Shown: positions 40,962 to 48,105, numbered from the stretch's first letter. The stretch is DNA of 64,000 nt from a virus (IMGVR_UViG_3300048854_000081:160001-224000), one strand, 5' to 3'. The notes: generated by a model from the sequence alone, not told the origin. Numbers and translations: made by a program.

Positions 40962-41396
40962 ATGTCGGAAGAAATAGTCCGAAGATCAAAGCAGATCATC
41001 GTTATACGTAAAGATTTAAAGATGCGTAGAGGTAAGGAAGTTGCTCAAGGATCGCATGCCAGTATGGGTGCTCTTCTTAATAAGATGAGCAGATGCATCC
41101 ATGTAGTACCGAAGTCAGAAGAATATGGTGTCGCAAGGTGCTTGAATTTCATGAGCACTTCTGCTATGTTCGACTGGATCGAGAATTCATTTACCAAAAT
41201 CTGTGTGTACGTGAACTCTGAACAAGAGTTGGTCGATTTACATTTTGCAGCGGTGCAAGCATCGCTTCCTAACTGTTTGATCACGGATAGTGGTGCTACC
41301 GAATTCCATGGTGTTCCAACTAAGACGGCTCTAGCCATAGGACCAGCTTGGGATGATGAGCTTAAACCGTTAACCGGTCATCTACCTCTACTGTAA
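40962..41396 (+). CDS. pth2: Peptidyl-tRNA hydrolase, PTH2 family
   Basis: KQIIVIRKDLKMRRGKEVAQGSHA, ITDSGATEF, TALAIGP, TGHLPLL. Confidence 0.92.
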   Translation: MSEEIVRRSKQIIVIRKDLKMRRGKEVAQGSHASMGALLNKMSRCIHVVPKSEEYGVARCLNFMSTSAMFDWIENSFTKICVYVNSEQELVDLHFAAVQASLPNCLITDSGATEFHGVPTKTALAIGPAWDDELKPLTGHLPLL

Positions 41397-41422
41397 AAAT
41401 AACAATTTTTCTGCGACTACAC

Positions 41423-41470
41423 TAAATAGATTTACAAGGTACTTGACAGGAAGTCTTTTCATGTTAAAGT
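41423..41470 (+). promoter_or_regulatory. Late (TAAATA) and sigma70-like (TTGACA-16-TAAAGT) promoters for the tRNA leader
   Basis: TAAATA 41423-41428; TTGACA 41443-41448; TG-T-TAAAGT 41462-41470. Confidence 0.6.
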
Positions 41471-41508
41471 ACACCCACTAATCAACCCGAAGAACGAACC
41501 GAAATATC

Positions 41509-41607
41509 ATGAACATTTTTAATATTCACAACTATGATCATAATATCGACTATAAATTTAGTCGCGGTGCTTCTTTGACTGTGGAAATGGACAAGACTTG
41601 TATATAA
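41509..41607 (+). CDS. Putative attenuator leader peptide MNIFNIHNYDHNIDYKFSRGASLTVEMDKTCI
   Basis: 32-codon uORF between promoter and terminator; codons 2-17 use only N/I/F/H/Y/D/K. Confidence 0.75.
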   Translation: MNIFNIHNYDHNIDYKFSRGASLTVEMDKTCI

Positions 41608-41660
41608 GTTAACTCCAAGGAAACAAAGAAAAGAAGCCCGCCAAGAAAGCGGGCTTTTTT
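41564..41660 (+). terminator. Antiterminator/terminator pair (attenuator) upstream of tRNA cluster 1
   Basis: Terminator AAGCCCGC-CAAGAAA-GCGGGCTTTTTT (41634-41660); GCGG-T-GCTTCTTT (41564-41576) can pair with AAAGAAGCCCGC (41630-41641). Confidence 0.75.
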
Positions 41661-41674
41661 ATTGCAACAAATTT

Positions 41675-41759
41675 GGGTCGGTAGTCCCGTATGGTTCGGG
41701 GGGAGTCTGTAAAACTTCTGTCATTGACCAGCTAGGTTCGATTCCTAGTCGGCCCACCA
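41675..41759 (+). tRNA. tRNA-Tyr(GTA)
   Basis: Cloverleaf, loop CT-GTA-AA, long variable arm, ACCA. Confidence 0.85.
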
Positions 41760-41770
41760 AATTACAAGTG

Positions 41771-41799
41771 TTGACAAGCTAGTTTAAAACGTGTAGAAT
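41771..41799 (+). promoter_or_regulatory. Internal sigma70 promoter
   Basis: TTGACA-N17-TAGAAT. Confidence 0.65.
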
Positions 41800-41826
41800 G
41801 TCGAAAACAAGTTTGTCAAAAAATAC

Positions 41827-41902
41827 GGAAAGGTGACAGTGATGGTTCATGTGGCGGTCTGAAAAGCCGTAGATGTCGGTTCGATCCCGACCCTTTCCAC
41901 CA
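41827..41902 (+). tRNA. tRNA-Phe(GAA)
   Basis: GGAAAGG/CCTTTCC acceptor, CT-GAA-AA, ACCA. Confidence 0.88.
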
Positions 41903-41922
41903 AATAAAAAGAGAGCAAGATA

Positions 41923-42252
41923 ATGGACACGAATTTCAATAAAAACTTCCTTACGAATACAGATGATACAGGCCGCTTTGTGGTCACTTCTCAGCGTACA
42001 GGTCGTGTCTATTATGTTGAACCGATTGACGACCGTCAGGCAACTGATTGGACGAAGTGGGGTTCTATCGATCCTGCGACTGGTAAGCTAATGAATAAAC
42101 ATGCATTCCGTAAATATCATGGTGCAGTTTCAGAAGAAGAAAGTCTAGTCAAGTTGGAAAATGGTTTTAATAAAGTACACATGTTGGAACGCGGTACCAG
42201 TCCACATCACGCAATTGATGTCATTGATGCCCAATATCCAGATAAGGTGTAA
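41923..42252 (+). CDS. Hypothetical protein
   Basis: 109-aa ORF between tRNAs. Confidence 0.6.
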   Translation: MDTNFNKNFLTNTDDTGRFVVTSQRTGRVYYVEPIDDRQATDWTKWGSIDPATGKLMNKHAFRKYHGAVSEEESLVKLENGFNKVHMLERGTSPHHAIDVIDAQYPDKV

Positions 42253-42264
42253 TTTAAGAGTTAT

Positions 42265-42347
42265 GTAAGCGTGGGCGAGTGGTTATGCCAGCAGACTGTA
42301 AATCTGCCTCCTAGCGGAAACTGTAGGTTCGAATCCTACCGCTTACA
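42265..42347 (+). tRNA. tRNA-Tyr(GTA), CCA not encoded
   Basis: GTAAGCG/CGCTTAC acceptor, GCAGA-CTGTAAA-TCTGC. Confidence 0.85.
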
Positions 42348-42408
42348 CATTCGGTTCGAATAAGAATTCGAACCATAAATACATGAAGAATACAGAGTAA
42401 GACACTTC

Positions 42409-43035
42409 ATGTACTATACGATTTATAAGACTACCAACTTGAAAAATGGTAAGTATTATTTGGGTATGCATCAGACTAAAAATTTGGATGATGGATATAT
42501 CGGATCAGGAAAATTGCTCCGACGTGCGATTGAAAAATATGGATTTGATTCTTTCAAGAAAGAAATTCTTTTTGTATTTGACAATTCAGCCGACATGTAT
42601 ACTAAAGAACGAGAGTTAATAACGGAGGATGAAATTAAGAACCCTCTTTGTTACAATCTTGCTCCGGGTGGTTGGGGTGGGAATAGAATTATAGATAAAA
42701 CTCACAAGGTATGGTCAGTTGAACACTTTGTGATGATGCATGAAATTCTTAGTGAAAAGATCAAGAACGATCCACGTACTAAGGAAATTTTTAAGAATAA
42801 TGGGTTGAGGATGGCCGCAGTTATTAATAATGGCGACTACCACAATCCACGTATGACCGGTAAGACTCACAAGGATTCTACCAAAGAAAAAATGAGATTA
42901 TCAAAAGTCGGAAAAGTAAATGGTGTTGATAATCCAAGCTATGGTACGATGTGGATTACTGACGGTATCAATAATAGAAAGGTCAAGAAAGATTCTATTA
43001 TTCCCGAAGGCTGGCGTAAAGGAAGAAAGTTTTAA
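42409..43035 (+). mobile_element. Free-standing GIY-YIG (Seg-like) homing endonuclease
   Basis: TIYKTTNLKNGKYYLGMH..GYIGSG..AIEKYG; NUMOD3-like GKTHKDSTKEKMR; WITDG..PEGWRKGR. Confidence 0.88.
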
Positions 43036-43039
43036 TATG

Positions 43040-43068
43040 TTGACATGATCCTTTAAGAAAGATATTAT
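43040..43068 (+). promoter_or_regulatory. Internal sigma70 promoter
   Basis: TTGACA-N17-TATTAT. Confidence 0.6.
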
Positions 43069-43091
43069 GTCATCATAACGGAAACAGTATA

Positions 43092-43331
43092 ATGAATGAT
43101 GCACCACAGATTGTAACAGAAGAAGTAACACCAGAAGTTGTTGTTGAAACAAACGTAAAGCAGACTCTAAAGCGTAATTCATTGGGTCAGTTTTATCGTA
43201 AGCTTGGACGTGTAGTTGTTCCGCATGGTCAGACTTACAATGTTGGTAGCAATCGTACTAAGGCCGCGCTTTCGGTTATTAAGAAAGCTGCGAAGAGAGC
43301 ACGACGCGCTGCTAAGCGTTTGGGTCAGTAA
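43092..43331 (+). CDS. Hypothetical protein with basic C-terminus
   Basis: ORF track. Confidence 0.5.
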   Translation: MNDAPQIVTEEVTPEVVVETNVKQTLKRNSLGQFYRKLGRVVVPHGQTYNVGSNRTKAALSVIKKAAKRARRAAKRLGQ

Positions 43332-43334
43332 ATC

Positions 43335-43595
43335 ATGGCTCGCGTAAGAGTTGATGTGGAAGAGGTTCTAAAGCTAAGAGCTAGGATGGATGAAATAAAC
43401 AGCCACGCTCTCAAGAATGTAGACTTCTACCACAAAGGTAAGAAGGTAAAAATTTCAGCCGAAGATATTAACGACTGGAAATATACAGGCTTATCGACAA
43501 TGTTTTTCGTCGAGACCGTGATTAAGGATGAGTACTTGCTAGGATTGACCGTAATCAGAGACGAATGCGGTAATCCGATAGCAGTACAAGGGTAA
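43335..43595 (+). CDS. Hypothetical protein
   Basis: ORF track. Confidence 0.5.
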   Translation: MARVRVDVEEVLKLRARMDEINSHALKNVDFYHKGKKVKISAEDINDWKYTGLSTMFFVETVIKDEYLLGLTVIRDECGNPIAVQG

Positions 43596-43597
43596 AT

Positions 43598-43673
43598 GGT
43601 TCTGTAGCTCAGTTGGTAGAGCAATCGACCGATAATCGATATGTCGCAGGTTCGAATCCTGCCGGAACCACCA
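43598..43673 (+). tRNA. tRNA-Ile(GAT)
   Basis: ATCGA-CCGATAA-TCGAT anticodon arm, ACCA. Confidence 0.88.
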
Positions 43674-43694
43674 GTTTTTGTTTGGTAAAAGCGA

Positions 43695-43760
43695 GTGATG
43701 ATAGTATAATGATAGTACTCCACATGGCTGGGCAGCGTGGGTTTGATTCCCACCATCATG
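43695..43760 (+). pseudogene. Degenerate tRNA
   Basis: D-arm-like AGTATAATGATAGTAC and T-arm GTGGG-TTTGATT-CCCAC; broken anticodon arm; no CCA. Confidence 0.5.
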
Positions 43761-43802
43761 AGCGCTAGGTAGTGTACATACATAGCACCAAACAAGTTTT
43801 AT

Positions 43803-43877
43803 GGAGCGTGAAGCATCTGGTGAGGCTGGCACACTGTCTATGTGCTGAGACGGGTTCGATCCCCGTACGTTCCGCCA
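43803..43877 (+). tRNA. tRNA-Asp(GTC)
   Basis: GCACA-CTGTCTA-TGTGC, GCCA. Confidence 0.85.
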
Positions 43878-43884
43878 GTTTTAC

Positions 43885-43958
43885 AGTGGTGTCGTATAAA
43901 GGTATTATGTCGGTCTGTCTAACCGAAGAAGCGGGATCGTTACCCGTCATCACTGCCA
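43885..43958 (+). tRNA. tRNA-Asp(GTC)
   Basis: TCGGT-CTGTCTA-ACCGA, GCCA. Confidence 0.82.
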
Positions 43959-43968
43959 GTTTTAAAAT

Positions 43969-44063
43969 GGGCAAGGTACCCCGTATGGAATCGGGGATTT
44001 AGCTGAAAAGCTAAAATACTGCAAACTCAACAATTGTAGGTTCGAATCCTATCTTGCCCACCA
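43969..44063 (+). tRNA. Atypical class-II-like tRNA with 8-nt anticodon loop CTGAAAAG (Phe-like GAA)
   Basis: GGGCAAG/CTTGCCC acceptor, canonical T arm, ACCA; TTTAG-CTGAAAAG-CTAAA. Confidence 0.6.
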
Positions 44064-44200
44064 TTTGTACTCGCTACTATTTCATGCAAATGATCTTCTG
44101 TAGTGCCAAATCCTAGAGGTCTGGACCCAATGTCATTTTCTTAGTTACTAAGATATTAGGTGAAAACTAAACTGAGCGCACCACAGCGAGAAGTGGACCA
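44061..44200 (+). ncRNA. Candidate ~140-nt stable RNA ending in ACCA
   Basis: 5' CCATTT..CTCGCT pairs with 3' AGCGAG-AAGTGG, followed by ACCA. Confidence 0.45.
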
Positions 44201-44205
44201 GTTTT

Positions 44206-44281
44206 GGACAGTTAGCGCTCTGGTGATTGCACGGGTCTGTTAAACCCGGTTAGGTGGGTCCGATTCCCACACTGTCCGCCA
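44206..44281 (+). tRNA. tRNA-Asn(GTT)
   Basis: CGGGT-CTGTTAA-ACCCG, GCCA. Confidence 0.85.
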
Positions 44282-44335
44282 TTCATAGTTAGCTGATAGG
44301 TATAAATACATGGGTAACCGTGAATTTATCAGCTA

Positions 44336-44974
44336 ATGAAAATAGAAGATGTAGATTTAGAAACACTGAAAAGAGTTGTATCAGAAAATAAATCCAAAAG
44401 GCAAGTCTTACTTTATTTTGGGATTTCTAGTAAGAATGGAAATCAGAACGCTAAACTAGATCGAATTATTAAAGATAATAATATAGAGTCATCCCATTTC
44501 TCTAGAGATAAAGATTTTTCTATAATAGATAGTATTATTAGTACATGTGTATCTTATAAAGATATTGGTGTAAGAATGGGCATAGCACATGATGATAAAT
44601 CCATGCATGCCAGTTATTATACTAAGATCAGAAATTATATAGAATCTAACAATTTAGATATTTCACATTTTAATGATGGTGGTAGATATCATAATGCCGG
44701 AATACGATATTCATTAGAAAATATATTTGTTGAAAAATCTGAAGTGTCTAAACAAACACTAAAGAAAAGATATATAAAATATAGAATTGAAAATGATATA
44801 CAGGTAAGTTGTTGTGACCGATGTAGGATAAGCGAATGGATGGGTGATCCTCTAAGTTTGCAGTTAGATCATATCAATGGTACAAATGATGATAATAGGA
44901 TTGACAATCTCAGATTGATATGTCCTAATTGTCATTCACAGACAGAAACGTTTGCTGGTAAAAATAGAAATTAA
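44336..44974 (+). mobile_element. Free-standing HNH homing endonuclease
   Basis: CDRC..LQLDHINGTNDDNRIDNLRLICPNCHSQT; AT-rich relative to flanks. Confidence 0.88.
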
Positions 44975-44984
44975 AGTTTAATGT

Positions 44985-45113
44985 TCTTCAGTAGCATAGT
45001 GGCCTAATGCATCGGACTGTGGATCAAGACGTAAAAGCGTCCAAGGCTAGTGCAAGTCTAGTAGATCAAAGATAATCCGGGGATCGTGAGTTCGACTCTC
45101 ACCTGAAGAGCCA
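44985..45113 (+). tRNA. tRNA with a 52-nt insertion in the anticodon loop, most likely tRNA-Asn(GTT)
   Basis: TCTTCAG/CTGAAGA acceptor + G73 CCA; anticodon stem TCGGA/TCCGG separated by 59 nt. Confidence 0.7.
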
Positions 45114-45148
45114 GATTTAGTAAGACCAAAGTATGTAGAGTACTTTGG

Positions 45149-45226
45149 GGTGTCGGTGATGGAATTGGTAGACATGACGCACTGTGAATGCGTATTTTGC
45201 GGGATCGTACCCCGTCTGGCACCCCA
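45149..45226 (+). tRNA. tRNA-His(GTG)
   Basis: G-1:C73, ACGCA-CTGTGAA-TGCGT, CCA. Confidence 0.85.
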
Positions 45227-45244
45227 AAGTACTTTAGGAATAAT

Positions 45245-45364
45245 ATGAATATTAAAATGATTTGGAATAAGACACTTGGTGTTATGAGTGATTTATTCGA
45301 TACGGTATTCACAGCAATCGATGCCATAGCTTCACTTTTTGATGGTATTGACATCGACGATTAA
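45245..45364 (+). CDS. Small 39-aa amphipathic peptide
   Basis: AGGA SD; MNIKMIWNKTLGVMSDLFDTVFTAIDAIASLFDGIDIDD fills the gap between tRNAs. Confidence 0.45.
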   Translation: MNIKMIWNKTLGVMSDLFDTVFTAIDAIASLFDGIDIDD

Positions 45365-45368
45365 ATAC

Positions 45369-45443
45369 GGGATTATAGCTCAAAGGCAGAGCAAGTGGCT
45401 TTTAACCACGAGGTTGAGATTTCGAAATTCTCTAGTCCCACCA
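45369..45443 (+). tRNA. tRNA-Lys(TTT)
   Basis: GTGG-CTTTTAA-CCAC, ACCA. Confidence 0.85.
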
Positions 45444-45449
45444 TTTTAC

Positions 45450-45525
45450 GGAACGGTAGCTTAACTGGTAAAGTCGCTGACTCTTAATCAGCTTGATGTG
45501 AGTTCGACTCTCACTCGTTCCACCA
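45450..45525 (+). tRNA. tRNA-Lys(CTT)
   Basis: GCTGA-CTCTTAA-TCAGC, ACCA. Confidence 0.88.
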
Positions 45526-45530
45526 GACAT

Positions 45531-45555
45531 AAAAGCACCCTCAGGGTGCTTTTTT
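45531..45555 (+). terminator. Terminator closing tRNA cluster 1
   Basis: AAAAGCACCC-TCA-GGGTGCTTTTTT. Confidence 0.85.
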
Positions 45556-45583
45556 CGTATCCTCACTCACTAAAAAGAATACC

Positions 45584-46408
45584 ATGCATTGGATTCTCCA
45601 AAATAATCTCTTCAATGAAGCTGCCTACGCCACTCTTCTTGAGACGCTAGAGCGGTTCTCCATTCCATACTCTATCCACAAGGTTGTCCCCTTCGTAGGT
45701 GAGCTTGTCCCTGAGCCTACCATCGATCATAAGAATGTGATCTGTATGGGTTCCTACTCCCTCCGTCATGCTGCCAAGAAAGCTGGCTGGAATCCCGGTG
45801 TCTTTGACCTTGAGCCTTTCAACTTTCAGGTCCAACTTGAGCACTGGGGTGACCACATGCTCAATGCTGATGCCATTGTTTGTAAGTTTAAGGACGTTGA
45901 CTTTGAGGGTGAACGCTTCATCCGTCCTATCGAAGACAGTAAGGTATTTGCTGGAAACGTCTTTGACCGTCTATACTTCAAGGACTGGCAACACAAAGTT
46001 TGTGATCTAGAGGAAGACTATGGTAATTCGCTTACCAAGGACACTCTGGTTCAGGTCTGTCCACTAAAGCAAATTTATGCCGAGTACCGATTCTGGATTG
46101 TCAATCAGAAGATCGTTTCTGCATCACTCTACAAACGTGGTGATAATGTAATATATTCTTCGGACGTTGATCAGCGGTTCCATAATTATGTGAATCAGAT
46201 TTTACGTACCAAGAATCGAGTAACAGATATCACGTTGAGTGTAGAGAACAAAGGGTGGGCACCACATGATGCGTTTGTCATCGATGTGGCTGATACCGAC
46301 CAAGGATTGAAGGTAGTTGAAATTAACACTTTGAATTCCAGTGGATTCTATGCTTGTAACCTAACCGATTTGGTTTTAACTCTTGAAAGAGAATTTAATA
46401 ATGATTAA
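45584..46408 (+). CDS. ATP-grasp domain protein (R2K-like)
   Basis: FIRPIEDSKVFAG, EYRFWIV, FVIDVA..KVVEINTLNSSGFY. Confidence 0.8.
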   Translation: MHWILQNNLFNEAAYATLLETLERFSIPYSIHKVVPFVGELVPEPTIDHKNVICMGSYSLRHAAKKAGWNPGVFDLEPFNFQVQLEHWGDHMLNADAIVCKFKDVDFEGERFIRPIEDSKVFAGNVFDRLYFKDWQHKVCDLEEDYGNSLTKDTLVQVCPLKQIYAEYRFWIVNQKIVSASLYKRGDNVIYSSDVDQRFHNYVNQILRTKNRVTDITLSVENKGWAPHDAFVIDVADTDQGLKVVEINTLNSSGFYACNLTDLVLTLEREFNND

Positions 46409-46661
46409 TGAGAAAGTTCGCTTGGCCTTTATGGAAACGATGGATGAGTCTGATTTCTATCGACCACATGATTGTTTAGCTGAAGCATTTGCTGGTCCAT
46501 TTACTGATGAGCAGATCAGGAAGCTTCTTCTGATGATTCCTGACCACACCTTCGGTAAGGGAATACAATGGACCTTTGGTGATACGGAAGTTGGTGATGA
46601 TATCTACACCTTTATTCTTCTTAATAATGAAAGAATAAAAACAGAATTAAAAATAGATTAA
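46401..46661 (+). CDS. Hypothetical protein
   Basis: ORF followed by terminator AAGCACC-TTCG-GGTGCTTTT. Confidence 0.5.
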   Translation: MINEKVRLAFMETMDESDFYRPHDCLAEAFAGPFTDEQIRKLLLMIPDHTFGKGIQWTFGDTEVGDDIYTFILLNNERIKTELKID

Positions 46662-46706
46662 AGCACCTTCGGGTGCTTTTTCATATCTTCAAAATAAATA
46701 GAATAT

Positions 46707-47450
46707 ATGAAAATACAAGACATTATTACGGAAAGCCCAATTCTACTTGAACGTATCCATCAGGGTAAGGAATTCGCACAGGTTGTGGCAGCATCCAAGC
46801 GCGCTTTCAACAGTCTAGACCACGATTGTCAGAGTTTTATTTCCGAATGGGAAACTGCCAATTGGGATAGAGGCAAGCTAGAGGCAGCATTCAAAGGTAA
46901 GTCTGGTTTCTGCTATGATGAAATTGTTAAAGCTTTCGCTCCTGTAAAGGCTCTTCTACACCAAATTTTCGGTGATACCATTACTCTTCATCGCGGACAA
47001 AGAAATTACTCCGAAGATAAGTTGAACATGGATCGTACCTTGTTCTCATGGACCTTCGATGAGCGTGTGGCTAAGGACTTTGCTGGTCAAGGCTCCCGCA
47101 ACTTGTACAACATTCCTAAGGTTGAAGATATTGAGAAAGCGGTAGCTCGGTATGAACGAACTGGCTTCACAACGTTTGGTCGCTATAAGTACAAGAAATC
47201 GCAAGAGTATCCTGACTATTATTACATCTATGACAAAGATAATAATATGATCACGGATGGTGATGATCTTCGAAAGCAATTGATGCGGGATCGTGAAGGA
47301 CGTATTCACGACAATGAAGTCCAAAAGAAACGTGGTGAAGTGAAGACGTTCGAAATCCCAATCGATGATATTGCATGGATTACCAACAATCTCAATAGTA
47401 AAGAATTTATTACTCACATCAACCCATTAAAACATCCGGAAACGACATGA
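46707..47450 (+). CDS. Late protein with MKIQDIITE leader and ADP-ribosyltransferase-like motifs
   Basis: TLHRGQ, FSWTFDERVAKDFA, KEFI; ATAAATA at 46694. Confidence 0.5.
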   Translation: MKIQDIITESPILLERIHQGKEFAQVVAASKRAFNSLDHDCQSFISEWETANWDRGKLEAAFKGKSGFCYDEIVKAFAPVKALLHQIFGDTITLHRGQRNYSEDKLNMDRTLFSWTFDERVAKDFAGQGSRNLYNIPKVEDIEKAVARYERTGFTTFGRYKYKKSQEYPDYYYIYDKDNNMITDGDDLRKQLMRDREGRIHDNEVQKKRGEVKTFEIPIDDIAWITNNLNSKEFITHINPLKHPETT

Positions 47451-47737
47451 AAATTCAAGAAATCATTACAGAAAACTTTGGTCACGAAATGAAAGAAAAA
47501 GTATTCGATTACCTTATGGATATGGCTCGCCAAGGTGGAAAGTATCGTGACGACAAGGATCGTCAATGGGTTCAATCCAAACTGGATGATCGTGGCAACT
47601 TTACCTATCAGCAGCATGACGTAGGCAATCGACAGAGTAAGGATACACTCTGGACTTGCTCCTTTGATGATCTTGGAATGGTCAGCATGTCTAAGTCGGT
47701 GAATGGTAAGTCCGTTCTGATGTTCAAGAGAACTTGA
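47447..47737 (+). CDS. Small late protein with MKIQEIITE leader
   Basis: Same N-terminus as the upstream gene. Confidence 0.5.
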   Translation: MKIQEIITENFGHEMKEKVFDYLMDMARQGGKYRDDKDRQWVQSKLDDRGNFTYQQHDVGNRQSKDTLWTCSFDDLGMVSMSKSVNGKSVLMFKRT

Positions 47738-47768
47738 CTTTCATCTTATAACCCTATACAGTATTTGT

Positions 47769-47963
47769 ATGAATACTGAAAACACACAAACCAGAAAAGA
47801 AGAACTGGCCGAAAAGATCACTAGATTGACCAAACAAATTTCCCATCATCATGGGGTTCTTGAAAAGGTCCAACCTAATCGATGGTTCGATCAAAGCCGC
47901 AGAAACCTTGCTGATTCGGAACTTGAATTACAGCAACTCCAAGAAGAGTTCAATAACCTTTAA
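47769..47963 (+). CDS. Hypothetical coiled-coil protein
   Basis: ORF followed by terminator AAAGCCACGG-AAT-CCGTGGCTTTT. Confidence 0.5.
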   Translation: MNTENTQTRKEELAEKITRLTKQISHHHGVLEKVQPNRWFDQSRRNLADSELELQQLQEEFNNL

Positions 47964-48105
47964 AGCCACGGAATCCGTGGCTTTTTCATTTCTAAACTAC
48001 CTGAACCAATCCTGAACATTCCAAATTATATACTTGCTTGAAATGGGTTGCATCTATACACTTCCCCTCATGGCAACGAGCCATACACAACAAAGGATAT
48101 TCAAC

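Noticed and set aside
43427-44002. ORFs overlapping the tRNA genes (also 45058..45354)
   Set aside because: They overlap well-formed tRNAs and have no coding signals
44985-45060. Uninterrupted tRNA-His(GTG) reading
   Set aside because: TCGGA does not pair with the bases right after CTGTGGA; its partner TCCGG lies 52 nt further on, and the acceptor lacks His identity
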